Source: a virus (lineage: Duplodnaviria; Caudoviricetes). From it: 24,200 nucleotides of DNA. The notes under the pieces were generated by a model that was not told the DNA's origin, searched no databases, and saw nothing but the letters and a program-made list of their open reading frames with translations. The stretch lies in the IMG/VR virus record IMGVR_UViG_3300030395_001615, positions 1 to 24,200 of that record; one strand, given 5' to 3'. Shown in pieces: positions 1 to 8,710 of the stretch. Position 1 is the first letter of the stretch. Each line of letters begins with the position of its first letter. Position numbers and translations under genes: made by a program.

Positions 1-120
1 CCACTCTGATTCTATCGCCCTTCCAACTCTTAATCCATATTCCATCGAAGATTTTTCCTCGTCTGGTGAAAATTGGTTAGGGAAACCTGCGTATGAGCCT
101 AACTTAGGTTTATTTATCAT
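1..120 (-). CDS. Probable portal protein, N-terminal fragment (runs off the window)
   Basis: Hand translation from ATG at 120: MINKPKLGSYAGFPNQFSPDEEKSSMEYGLRVGRAIESEW, open to the window edge. It starts 2 nt after the terL stop. Its position after TerL and the FPxQ..EK.S.EYGL.VG.AIE.EW pattern resemble portal N-termini of Bacteroidota podovirus-like phages (recalled, not searched). Confidence 0.7.
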   Translation of the reverse strand, partial: MINKPKLGSYAGFPNQFSPDEEKSSMEYGLRVGRAIESEW

Positions 121-122
121 AA

Positions 123-2354
123 TTATTTAATAATTTCGCTAACAAATCCTTTGTTACTGTATTTTGCAAAGTTAATATTTATTTGATTATGTTTTCTAAA
201 GGTTGTCTTTTGCTTACTCTGATTACCCATGATTGCTAACCCTGAACTAATAGAGGCATCATACCTTGTTCTATTGTTAATATCATAGTTAGACCAATCT
301 AGTAAAGTCCTGTTAAAAAACATGTTCCCACAAGAACCATAATCAATGTTCTGTTCATCAGAAATCACGCCAACATAGTTTTCAATATAACCTTCAATTG
401 CTTCAGCGTGTACTGAAATTACAGCAGATGATGAGGGTATACCTCCCAACTCTTTTTCAGATTTTGATAATACATTTTTATGTTTATCAGGTCTATTCAT
501 TGAAAAACCTCTATATCCTCTTTCTTTTAAATAATAAAGTAATCTTGGCTTATTGTTTTCTGCAAGTATAGGCATACCATAAAAAACTATAGCCATCAAA
601 ACATCTTCATAAAAAAGTTCTGCTGTAGGTGGTCTAGATATGTATTCTAGAAAAAATGAGTTTGTAGGGCCATCATCCATATGAAACTTTGTCATACCAT
701 GTAATGCTCCTTTAGAACCTCCGCCACCTACTACACCTGATATGTCATATGAGTCACATCCAAATGTACCCATATGTGCATTACCAGGATATTTATGAAA
801 CCCTCTTACCTCTACGTTGTTCATTATTTTTCCGTCAGGTATCCACGTAATTCTAAACCTCCCTTTATTGTCTGGGGCCCAAACAACCTCTGTATCTCTT
901 TCTCCGTTTTTCCAATAGAAATTACCTCTATATATACTTGATTTTATAACAAATGAATCATTATAATCTATTTGCTCATATATCTTAGTAAGATTGAATA
1001 TTGTGTTTTTTGATTCATCTCTAAAAGCATGAGATTCTGTTCTTGGGAACTGTCTATAAAACTCATTAAGAGCATCTTGGTCGTTTTTAAAACCATCTAC
1101 TTCATTCTCCCAATGCTCTATAACCCCTGTTTCAATTATATCTTTATGTGGTCCAAAAGTTTCTTTTGTTGGTGTTTCAAATACTGGCATTCCATATTCA
1201 TCTATAAACCCTTCGTAGTTCCATTCCATAGGAATAAATAAAGAATAAAGTCCAGAATTAGTTTGTCCATTTTTGTTTCTTTCAGTTACATTAGAATCCT
1301 CATATAACTTTTTAAAATTATCCCCACCCTTATCTAGTGCATTTGAAGTTGAGCCCATCATACATTTCCCAACTACCCTTGAACCTAATCTTAAAGTTGT
1401 TTTTGTTACCCTCCAGTTGTTTAATATGTTATCTGGTCTTTCCCATTTACCTGATTCATCATGAACAAGTAACTTTAATTTTTCTCCATCATAAGAGTTG
1501 TCTCCAGTATTTTTCCAATCTATAGTTGTATCTAATCCTGTAAGTTCTTCAGGTTTATCACTGGAAGAGATGGTAAGTTTTCTCCTGGTAAGTTTAGAGG
1601 CTGGTACTCTATAGGCAAGTTCTGTTTTTGGTCTATCCATTCCATCTTGAATTGGCTTGAAGAAGAATGGGTAGTTGACGGATATAGGTACAACTTTATC
1701 TGTGAACATTTTTTTAGCATCGGCACCAGATTTGGACAATATCCCAAAGCGTGAGTCTGATGATATTGTTGCAAGGTTAACCGTTTCCCCAGACGCCATG
1801 AAAGAAAATCCTGAACGTCTGTTTTTGAGATAGCACATTCCATAACACCTGTTGTCTGCTTTACAAGCTTCCCAGAAAATATAGAATAATCTATTGGCTT
1901 CTCTAAACTCTGGGAACCCCACATCAATCTTACTCCACTGCAAGTACATGTAATGAGTGCCAGTAATATAAGTAGGCTTGCTTTTATTATAAAACCAAAA
2001 CCCTTGTTCTCTTTTAACAAATTCGTTTTCAATGTAATCAATGTATTTATCTTTAAAATCTTGAGGATAATCTCTCCAATCAAAAATAGTTTGAATTCTT
2101 TTCAAATCTTTTGGATATGCAGTTACCTCCCATTTATTATTATCAAACTTATGAACTTTATCTGGTTTTTTAGGTAAAGCTATTTTTAAGTTCTGTATTT
2201 GATACACTTCTCCTATTTGCCCTGTTTTTGAAATCACCACAACATCATGCTGTTTGTCATAGCCATATGACCAACCTTTTTGTTTGTTTTTTTGTTGTAT
2301 AATCTTTTTGTCAATATGATTTACAACAGCATAAAGTGTTTGTTGGTGTTTCAT
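123..2354 (-). CDS. terL: Terminase large subunit
   Basis: 743 aa. Walker A-like LKNRRSGFS, Walker B LLVHDESGKW, coupling motif MMGSTSN, and RNase H-like nuclease residues FGCDSYD, LAENN and YDASISSG. Lies immediately upstream of the portal-like ORF. Confidence 0.92.
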   Translation of the reverse strand: MKHQQTLYAVVNHIDKKIIQQKNKQKGWSYGYDKQHDVVVISKTGQIGEVYQIQNLKIALPKKPDKVHKFDNNKWEVTAYPKDLKRIQTIFDWRDYPQDFKDKYIDYIENEFVKREQGFWFYNKSKPTYITGTHYMYLQWSKIDVGFPEFREANRLFYIFWEACKADNRCYGMCYLKNRRSGFSFMASGETVNLATISSDSRFGILSKSGADAKKMFTDKVVPISVNYPFFFKPIQDGMDRPKTELAYRVPASKLTRRKLTISSSDKPEELTGLDTTIDWKNTGDNSYDGEKLKLLVHDESGKWERPDNILNNWRVTKTTLRLGSRVVGKCMMGSTSNALDKGGDNFKKLYEDSNVTERNKNGQTNSGLYSLFIPMEWNYEGFIDEYGMPVFETPTKETFGPHKDIIETGVIEHWENEVDGFKNDQDALNEFYRQFPRTESHAFRDESKNTIFNLTKIYEQIDYNDSFVIKSSIYRGNFYWKNGERDTEVVWAPDNKGRFRITWIPDGKIMNNVEVRGFHKYPGNAHMGTFGCDSYDISGVVGGGGSKGALHGMTKFHMDDGPTNSFFLEYISRPPTAELFYEDVLMAIVFYGMPILAENNKPRLLYYLKERGYRGFSMNRPDKHKNVLSKSEKELGGIPSSSAVISVHAEAIEGYIENYVGVISDEQNIDYGSCGNMFFNRTLLDWSNYDINNRTRYDASISSGLAIMGNQSKQKTTFRKHNQININFAKYSNKGFVSEIIK
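167..174 (-). promoter_or_regulatory. Bacteroidota-type -7 promoter box (TAACTTTG) inside the terL 3' end, upstream of the portal gene
   Basis: Matches TAnnTTTG, about 45 nt before the portal ATG. It lies in coding sequence, so it is less certain than the intergenic copies. Confidence 0.45.
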
Positions 2355-2632
2355 TTAGAACGTCTTTCTGCAAAACCAGAAAAAGCTTTTTTCTCTTCTT
2401 CTTTTGGTTTTCCGTCTATCATTGCTTTTTCTTGCTCTATCCTATTTAGTATTTCAAAAGCATCAAAGATTGCTAGTTTTTTTGTTGCAGCTGCGTTTTT
2501 TAATCTATCGGCTGCTAGTTCATCATCTGGGTCTGGTTTTATTATTTCTTCTTCTGCTACTTTAATTAGCTCTTTTACAGCTTCATGACCAGCTTTAATG
2601 ATTCTTTCTTTGATTTGATTTACATTTTTCAT
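2351..2632 (-). CDS. Putative terminase small subunit / conserved helical phage protein
   Basis: 93 aa, all-helical, overlaps the terL start by 4 nt (ATGA... coupling). Assigned by position and size. Confidence 0.5.
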   Translation of the reverse strand: MKNVNQIKERIIKAGHEAVKELIKVAEEEIIKPDPDDELAADRLKNAAATKKLAIFDAFEILNRIEQEKAMIDGKPKEEEKKAFSGFAERRSK

Positions 2633-2644
2633 TATGCTATAAAG

Positions 2645-3205
2645 TTAATTTAAAATAGTACATATATCGTTAGCCCTCATTCTATAAAGTTTCTCATCAT
2701 TAATAACGAACTCATACTCGCTGTCTTTAGTGAAGTTTACTTTATTACCCTCTTCGACACCAAGTTTGTCTAATATCTTATTACCATAAACAAGAACTCC
2801 TGTATTTAACTCTTCTCCCTCTTCATGTAAATACTTGTTTTCTAGCTCTATAGGTTTTATAAAACAATAATCCCCTACCGAGTTCCATCTTTCTCCATCA
2901 TGAAAAAGATAAAACTGATAAGGGTCAATAAAATATATATTGTCTTTGAAATAGTTTGGAGACTTTCTTGGCCTTCCTTTCATATCGTAATAAATACGAA
3001 AGACATTGTGATGCACTATCAAAGTGTCACCAACCTTTATATCTCCTTTATATTTTGAAGGGACATGTAAAACTTCCGCAAACCGATTTACATGTTTATG
3101 GTTTTCAACCGTAGAATTGACTATAATTTCTTTACCTGCTAAGGTAATTTTGTTTTTATAATGCTCTCCTTTCGGTTTAATAAGAAAGAAAAAAGGAGAT
3201 TTCAT
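2645..3205 (-). CDS. Tandem GroES-like (Cpn20-like) co-chaperonin
   Basis: Two GroES-pattern halves: KSPFFFLIKP...AEVLHVP...DIKVGDTLIVH and NSVGDYCFIKP...TGVLVYG...GVEEGNKVNFTKDSEYEFVINDEKLYRMRANDICTIL. Compare GroES VKVGDKVLF..Y.G.EV.IDGE.YLIM.E.DILA. Confidence 0.7.
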   Translation of the reverse strand: MKSPFFFLIKPKGEHYKNKITLAGKEIIVNSTVENHKHVNRFAEVLHVPSKYKGDIKVGDTLIVHHNVFRIYYDMKGRPRKSPNYFKDNIYFIDPYQFYLFHDGERWNSVGDYCFIKPIELENKYLHEEGEELNTGVLVYGNKILDKLGVEEGNKVNFTKDSEYEFVINDEKLYRMRANDICTILN

Positions 3206-3429
3206 TAGAAGTTTATATTAAACTCTATAGAAACTGGTATATTTTTATTAAACTCTTTCCACGCGAACACTTCATCATCTTTCTGAACATATACAAGATA
3301 AGAATCAGATTCTTTTTTATAATCTATCAAACTTATTGTATAGCTGCCACCTAAAACCTCTTGCCCAACAATGTAATGCATGGCGCTAGATTTATAATCA
3401 GCTCCTATTGATATTTTACGAATTTGCAT
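3205..3429 (-). CDS. Conserved hypothetical beta-rich phage protein
   Basis: 74 aa (IRKISIGADYKSSAMHYIVGQ...WKEFNKNIPVSIEFNI). Stop/start coupled with its neighbours. Confidence 0.75.
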   Translation of the reverse strand: MQIRKISIGADYKSSAMHYIVGQEVLGGSYTISLIDYKKESDSYLVYVQKDDEVFAWKEFNKNIPVSIEFNINF

Positions 3430-3673
3430 CTTTTGGAGGTTCTTCTAAAGTGAACTCCCCTGAATCAAGATTTACAGTGCCTTTTCCGTGTTTTTCTTCT
3501 AAAGAAACCATTGCTCCTGTAAGCTCTGCTGTTACCTTATGGAATTCTCCTAATAATTTTGATTTGTGTGCTTCAATCCCCCCAACTTCAAGTTGAAGAT
3601 TTTGCTGTGCTCCTCTCAACCTTTTTAAAGTTTCAAGTGCTTCTTTTTCTATTATTATAGGTTTTTTTGCCAT
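3416..3673 (-). CDS. Hypothetical coiled-coil protein
   Basis: 85 aa heptad helix ending LEEKHGKGTVNLDSGEF. First gene after a -7 box, with an AT-rich leader. Confidence 0.75.
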   Translation of the reverse strand: MAKKPIIIEKEALETLKRLRGAQQNLQLEVGGIEAHKSKLLGEFHKVTAELTGAMVSLEEKHGKGTVNLDSGEFTLEEPPKDANS

Positions 3674-3699
3674 TTTATTAAATATTAAATTTTATTATA

Positions 3700-3707
3700 C
3701 AAATATA
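3700..3707 (-). promoter_or_regulatory. -7 promoter box TATATTTG
   Basis: Intergenic TAnnTTTG 26 nt upstream of the ATG at 3673, overlapped by an 8-bp inverted repeat (ataaacaa-aaa-ttgtttat, 3705-3723). Confidence 0.7.
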
Positions 3708-3722
3708 AACAAAAATTGTTTA

Positions 3723-4334
3723 TTAAGTAAACACAACAGACACTGTAGAGCCAGAACTTGTACCAAATGGATTAGATGTTGTGTATTTTCTCCATGAAAG
3801 ACTACCAGACGCTGTGAATGTACTAGAGCCTCCTTGAGATTGTCCATTTATAGACAAACCACTAAACGTTGGTCTTGAACCACTAAAAACAATGTTTAAA
3901 TAATTACTATTCTGCCAATACAAAGCGGTAATTGTGCCAAATGTACTAGAGCCTAAACTAGAACTTATACTTCCCATGTTAGGGAAAAAACTACTACCAT
4001 AACCATAAAAGAAAGAACTGTATATGTTATCTACGCCTGTAGTTATAGTACCAGAAGCTAAGGCCGTTGTTAAATCATGGTCATAAGCATAAAACTCCCC
4101 CATAGAGTGTGGTGTTGAACCGTCAGGTCTATTGGAGCTTGAGTTCGCTGTATTTATAGAATCAAATCCACCTGCCCCTGTACTCATGTTTTTTAAAGAT
4201 ATTGGCATAGCATAAAAGGTAGCGTAGGTGGTTCCACTTCCAATTGGTTGGGGAATAGTATTATTATAGTTAGAAATTTCTAGCTCTTTAGCTATACCAA
4301 ACAGTGATAAAGAGCCGCTTGAAGGTACCGCCAT
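3723..4334 (-). CDS. Putative tail-fibre tip / adhesin protein
   Basis: N-terminal MAVPSSGSLSL..IAKE...PHSMGEFYAYDHD motif is typical of small proteins that follow S74-bearing fibres. The C-terminal domain is S/G/aromatic-rich. Confidence 0.55.
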   Translation of the reverse strand: MAVPSSGSLSLFGIAKELEISNYNNTIPQPIGSGTTYATFYAMPISLKNMSTGAGGFDSINTANSSSNRPDGSTPHSMGEFYAYDHDLTTALASGTITTGVDNIYSSFFYGYGSSFFPNMGSISSSLGSSTFGTITALYWQNSNYLNIVFSGSRPTFSGLSINGQSQGGSSTFTASGSLSWRKYTTSNPFGTSSGSTVSVVFT

Positions 4335-4335
4335 G

Positions 4336-4653
4336 TTACCAAGGTTTAGGTAAGTCTTCTCTCTTTGGTACTTGAAGTTCTGTTATTTGCGTATCTATAT
4401 GTGTTTTGTATGCATTGAATTCGTCAGAAGCTGCAGTAACCCATCCCTTTACATCGCTTTCTGTTAAATCATCAAACTCAATAAAATTATTTTCATCATA
4501 TTGAACATCTAGAAAAGCTAAAACTTCAGCTTCAGTTCCATCATCTGCAACTCCCTTGAGTTTATATAATACACCACAAACCACCTTTTCTTTACCATTT
4601 AAAGTAGGTGCTCCTTCAAGTTTTTGTATATCGAAAGTGTATGTTGTTGCCAT
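4336..4653 (-). CDS. Fibre-associated acidic protein (possible assembly chaperone)
   Basis: 105 aa with FIEFDDLTESDVKGWV...PW, a pattern commonly seen directly after phage tail-fibre genes. Confidence 0.55.
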   Translation of the reverse strand: MATTYTFDIQKLEGAPTLNGKEKVVCGVLYKLKGVADDGTEAEVLAFLDVQYDENNFIEFDDLTESDVKGWVTAASDEFNAYKTHIDTQITELQVPKREDLPKPW

Positions 4654-4656
4654 AGT

Positions 4657-7600
4657 TTATTTATCTTTTAATTTTTCCTCTAAGATACGAACTTTTTCAG
4701 TTAGTTCTTTTACAGCTTCAATTAATACTCCAACCATGTTACCATATGCAACAGCCTTGTGTCCATCTGATTCTTTTGTTGTAACAACTTCAGGTATAAC
4801 TTCCTCCACCTCTTGAGCAATAACTCCCATCATAGTTTTGTCAGTTGAGCCCTCATCTGTTCTTTTGTATGTAACACCTCTAAGTTTATTTACTTTATCT
4901 AGTGCATCAGGTATTGTCTCAATGTCTTTCTTAACTCTTATATCAGAATACGCTACAATATCGTGTGAAGCATATATAGATGTGTTACTTACATTTCCAC
5001 TTACATCTAAAGTATAATCAGGTGTACTGTCATTTATACCTACTCTACCAGTATTAGTAATAGTAAATCTTTCAGACCCCATGTAAAATCTAAATCTGTC
5101 AGAATCACACCTTAGAGTTTGTATTGCATCTGAAGCTGTCTCAAATTGAGAACCTCTATTTCCAGAGCTAAAATTAAACCTTGTGGTTGCATTAAAATCA
5201 CAAGTGCTACTAAAAGAAGCAGATGTTCCAGAAATACCTGCGCTATGATAAAGCGTGGAGCCTGTTACAGTTAATCTGTGTGCATAATCAGATGTGCTTC
5301 CGTCACTGGTATGAAAATCAATATATCTACCAACTTCCATAACACCATCACTTCCTATAAATGCATTTACTCCATATCTATTTCCACTAGAAGATTCAGT
5401 CAGTGCTGATGGTATACTTAAAGTTTTTGAAGTTAATCCAGTAACGTGACCATACCCATCAAGAGTTACATCTTGAATTACAGTATTACCTGAATTATTT
5501 ACAGAGCTCTGGCTAGAGGTATCGTCATGAGATATTGATATTGTTGTATTACTAGATTGATTTGCTGTGAAAGTTCCTGAACCACCTAAAGCTCCTGTGC
5601 CTTGTACTGTAAGAGTTCCGTTGTTTACAGTTGGTATTGTTGGTTTATTAGTTAAGTTGTTGTAGCTGATACTAATGTTTGCAGTACCATCAAAACTTGT
5701 CCCAGCGATTGTTCTTGCTGTTGTAAGTTTGTCTGCGTTAGGGTGATAATTATCGTGAAATGCTTTATATTGAGTTGTAGTTCCGCCAAGATACATTTCG
5801 CCAGTACTAATCATACCGCCGTTGATAACATTGTCTAAATCTACTCTACAAGACTCTGAAAAGCTTGACCAACTAGAAACATCTCCTGGGTCAGTTGCAT
5901 CAGCAACCCAATCTTTAATAACCCATCCTGATTGTTGAGCATTACCACCAACAATGGCAACGTAAACAGCGTTACTGGTAGCGTCAACATATACTTGTAA
6001 AGCAGCACCATCATAAGTACTATTTTCTTTTATTCTTATATATCTAAAGTTTGTACCACTGTATCTTGAATTCGCTAAAACAGTAATATCATTTGAACTA
6101 TTAGTACCAAAGTGATGGCTTGCATTAAATAATACAGATTGATGGTCACCACTTGCAGTATCCCATATTTGAAACTCTCCTAATGCCCTATCCCCAGTAT
6201 TTGTTGCAATTGTATACCAACCAACCGCAAGGTTACTAGCAGAATGGCTTTCTATATAACCTCTATCAAAAAAGGTTTGCATTTCAGACTCTGTATAATA
6301 CCTGCCATCTAAGTTCACAGAACCCAGTGATGTAACGTGTCCGTATCCATCTAAAGTAACATCTTGTATAACCGTACCACTACTGTTGTTAATAGAGCTC
6401 TGGCTCGATGTGTCGTCATGTGATATACTAATTGTGGTATTACCACTTTGGTTGGCGGTAAATGTACCACTGCCTCCTAGTGCGCCAGTTCCTTGAACTG
6501 TTAATGTGCCGTTGTTTACAGTTGGTGCTGTTACGGTTTCAGTTGCTGTTGCAATACCTGTTACGTGACCATTACTATCAAGAGTAATATCTTGTATATA
6601 AGTTCTTCCAGAGTTGTTTGAAGAACTAGCAGCAGAAATATTTGGATGTGCTGTTAAGAAAGCAGAAGCATGATTACCATCAAGAGTATCAGCGTCTAGG
6701 CCATTTCCTGAACCTTCATCTGCTGTTGTTAACACTCTATTAGTACCCACTTGCAATGTAGCTCCAGTACCACTTACCCTTAATATATTATCAGACGCAT
6801 CATCTACTACAGTTAAAGTAATATTACCTGATGAGCCACCACCAAAAACAATACCTTCTCCTGGGTCGTTTATTGATAATTGATTAACTCCACTTATATT
6901 AAAATTACTTCCTGATATACCATTAGTGAGTGTCAAGCCTGATATACCTCCTGAAGCAACTAAACCACCACTAAATGTTGTAGATGTTGATGTAGAAGCG
7001 CCTCTTCCAGTAACAGTAGCTAATGTATCTGATTCTGATGTTAAAAAACCAGACGCTGAACCTGTCGCAAGACCAGTGACATGTCCATTAGAATCTAGTG
7101 TTATATCTTGAATAAATGTATTTCCACTATTATTTGAACTACTTGCTGCAGAAATATTTGGGTGAGCTGTAAGGAAGGCAGATGCGTGTTGACCATCTAA
7201 AGTATCAGCATCTAGACCTGAACCTGAACCATCATTACCAGTGTTCCATAATTTATATTCAGTAGCTTGAACATAGCCAGTAGGTGCTGATGTACTGCCA
7301 CTATTTGAATCATATGGTGATATACTACCATCACTTATATGAGCTGTAGCAGTTAATTCTGCAAATTGACCAACTCTAACATATATATCTGTAGCACTTG
7401 TACCAACATCTACTTGTCCTACTTCGTCAACAACTTCATCTGTGGCACTAGCATTATAATAAACTATATCGTAATTATTGTCATTATTTAATTGACCAAC
7501 AATTTTACCAAAAGCTGGCAAAGCATTATCACCATAAGATGTACTTCTACCTGCTATTTCAATTATAAACCTTGACGATTGGCTTCCGCTAATTCTAGCT

Positions 7601-8700
7601 ATTCTATAATATTGATTACTAGAGGATGTTGTATTTTGTAAAGCCCTCCAACTGTGAAAAGCATTAGCGCCATCACTTGAAAAACCATCATCTGCCTGTA
7701 ATCTTCCTTCTACGGTTACATCTCCTTCAAATGTACCACCAGCTTTTAACACGTATCTATTATCAGATTCAGATTCTGTAAAGTATCTGCTGTCTAGATT
7801 TACAGAACCTAAAGATGTTACATGTCCATACGTGTCTAATGTTACATCTTGTATAACTGTACCACTACTATTATTTACAGAACTTTGAGATGATGTGTCA
7901 GAGTGTGATAAGGTTATTGTAGTATTACTACTTTGGTTAGCTCCGAAAGTTCCAGAACCAGTCAATCCACTTGAACCAGTAACAGTTAAAACACCATTAT
8001 ATGTTCTGTTTAAAGAAGCCCAAGATTGAATAACACCTGTACTTGAGTTAACTAGAGGAACAGTAACTGCACTTCCTGATGTGTTAGGAGAAGAGCCAGC
8101 TATAGAAGTCAATTTTATGCTAGGCATTGTGGTTTGAGGAAAATTACTAAACGTTGTTTTTCTAACAACATTATTATCTCCATTTCCTGTGCCATCTGCT
8201 ATATCACTAAAAGGAATAAAATCTCCTGAAGCAGGAGTGTAGGCATTATTCATTTCGATATAGTTGTTTGTGCCGTCTATATCTAAATTCAAAGTAGCGC
8301 TACCACTTGTTGAGCCACCGTGTAAGCCAGCACCTGCAACAACTGCAGTAATATCACCTCCACTTGTAGAAACACTTTCCCAAGCAACACCAGAACCAGT
8401 AGACGTTAATACTTGTCCGTCTGAACCTTGTGCTCCATTTATCTTAAAGTTTTTTGCATCTACGTAACCTTGAACAACTAAGTTTGAAGTATTGCCCCCA
8501 GTTGGCGCTCCTACTGTCATCACTCCATTGTTTCCAGTTTGTAGAAAAAGCTGGTTATTATATGAAGTAAAAACAAAGTTAGTAGAATATTGAAAATTAA
8601 GTTGAGATACCTCCGCAGGTGCTCCAACAGTTAACCTTGGTGAGCCTGTCTCGAATGTAGCCCCAAGAATGTCTGTGGTTGATAATACTTTAATCGCCAT
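4657..8700 (-). CDS. Long tail fibre with C-terminal intramolecular chaperone (Peptidase S74) domain
   Basis: 1347 aa, S/T/G/N-rich. GSGLDADTLDG fibre motifs and repeated QD[VI]TLDxxGHVT. C-terminal AYSDIRVKKDI...LRGVTY...GVIAQEVEEVIPEVV...VAYGNMVGVLIEAVKEL is the S74 autocleaving chaperone signature. Confidence 0.9.
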   Translation of the reverse strand: MAIKVLSTTDILGATFETGSPRLTVGAPAEVSQLNFQYSTNFVFTSYNNQLFLQTGNNGVMTVGAPTGGNTSNLVVQGYVDAKNFKINGAQGSDGQVLTSTGSGVAWESVSTSGGDITAVVAGAGLHGGSTSGSATLNLDIDGTNNYIEMNNAYTPASGDFIPFSDIADGTGNGDNNVVRKTTFSNFPQTTMPSIKLTSIAGSSPNTSGSAVTVPLVNSSTGVIQSWASLNRTYNGVLTVTGSSGLTGSGTFGANQSSNTTITLSHSDTSSQSSVNNSSGTVIQDVTLDTYGHVTSLGSVNLDSRYFTESESDNRYVLKAGGTFEGDVTVEGRLQADDGFSSDGANAFHSWRALQNTTSSSNQYYRIARISGSQSSRFIIEIAGRSTSYGDNALPAFGKIVGQLNNDNNYDIVYYNASATDEVVDEVGQVDVGTSATDIYVRVGQFAELTATAHISDGSISPYDSNSGSTSAPTGYVQATEYKLWNTGNDGSGSGLDADTLDGQHASAFLTAHPNISAASSSNNSGNTFIQDITLDSNGHVTGLATGSASGFLTSESDTLATVTGRGASTSTSTTFSGGLVASGGISGLTLTNGISGSNFNISGVNQLSINDPGEGIVFGGGSSGNITLTVVDDASDNILRVSGTGATLQVGTNRVLTTADEGSGNGLDADTLDGNHASAFLTAHPNISAASSSNNSGRTYIQDITLDSNGHVTGIATATETVTAPTVNNGTLTVQGTGALGGSGTFTANQSGNTTISISHDDTSSQSSINNSSGTVIQDVTLDGYGHVTSLGSVNLDGRYYTESEMQTFFDRGYIESHSASNLAVGWYTIATNTGDRALGEFQIWDTASGDHQSVLFNASHHFGTNSSNDITVLANSRYSGTNFRYIRIKENSTYDGAALQVYVDATSNAVYVAIVGGNAQQSGWVIKDWVADATDPGDVSSWSSFSESCRVDLDNVINGGMISTGEMYLGGTTTQYKAFHDNYHPNADKLTTARTIAGTSFDGTANISISYNNLTNKPTIPTVNNGTLTVQGTGALGGSGTFTANQSSNTTISISHDDTSSQSSVNNSGNTVIQDVTLDGYGHVTGLTSKTLSIPSALTESSSGNRYGVNAFIGSDGVMEVGRYIDFHTSDGSTSDYAHRLTVTGSTLYHSAGISGTSASFSSTCDFNATTRFNFSSGNRGSQFETASDAIQTLRCDSDRFRFYMGSERFTITNTGRVGINDSTPDYTLDVSGNVSNTSIYASHDIVAYSDIRVKKDIETIPDALDKVNKLRGVTYKRTDEGSTDKTMMGVIAQEVEEVIPEVVTTKESDGHKAVAYGNMVGVLIEAVKELTEKVRILEEKLKDK
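5434..7998 (-). repeat. Internal fibre repeats: module A x3 (about 7768-7998, 6283-6525, 5434-5634) and module B x2 (about 7063-7233, 6547-6720)
   Basis: A = NG.LTV.G...L.GSGTF.ANQS.NTTI..SH.DTSSQSS.NNS..TVIQDVTLD.YGHVT. B = GSG.GLDADTLDG.HASAFLTAHPNISAASSSNNSG.T.IQDITLDSNGHVTG. Both are read directly from the translation. Confidence 0.9.
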
Positions 8701-8710
8701 TTCATTTTAA

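Noticed and set aside
123-2354. Intein or intron in terL
   Set aside because: Continuous ORF with normally spaced ATPase and nuclease motifs; no intein splice-junction or LAGLIDADG motifs.
5434-7998. Fibre repeats as a DGR template/variable repeat pair or a CRISPR-like array
   Set aside because: Differences are synonymous at all four bases rather than adenine-specific, both copies are in-frame coding, no RT is present and there is no repeat-spacer periodicity.
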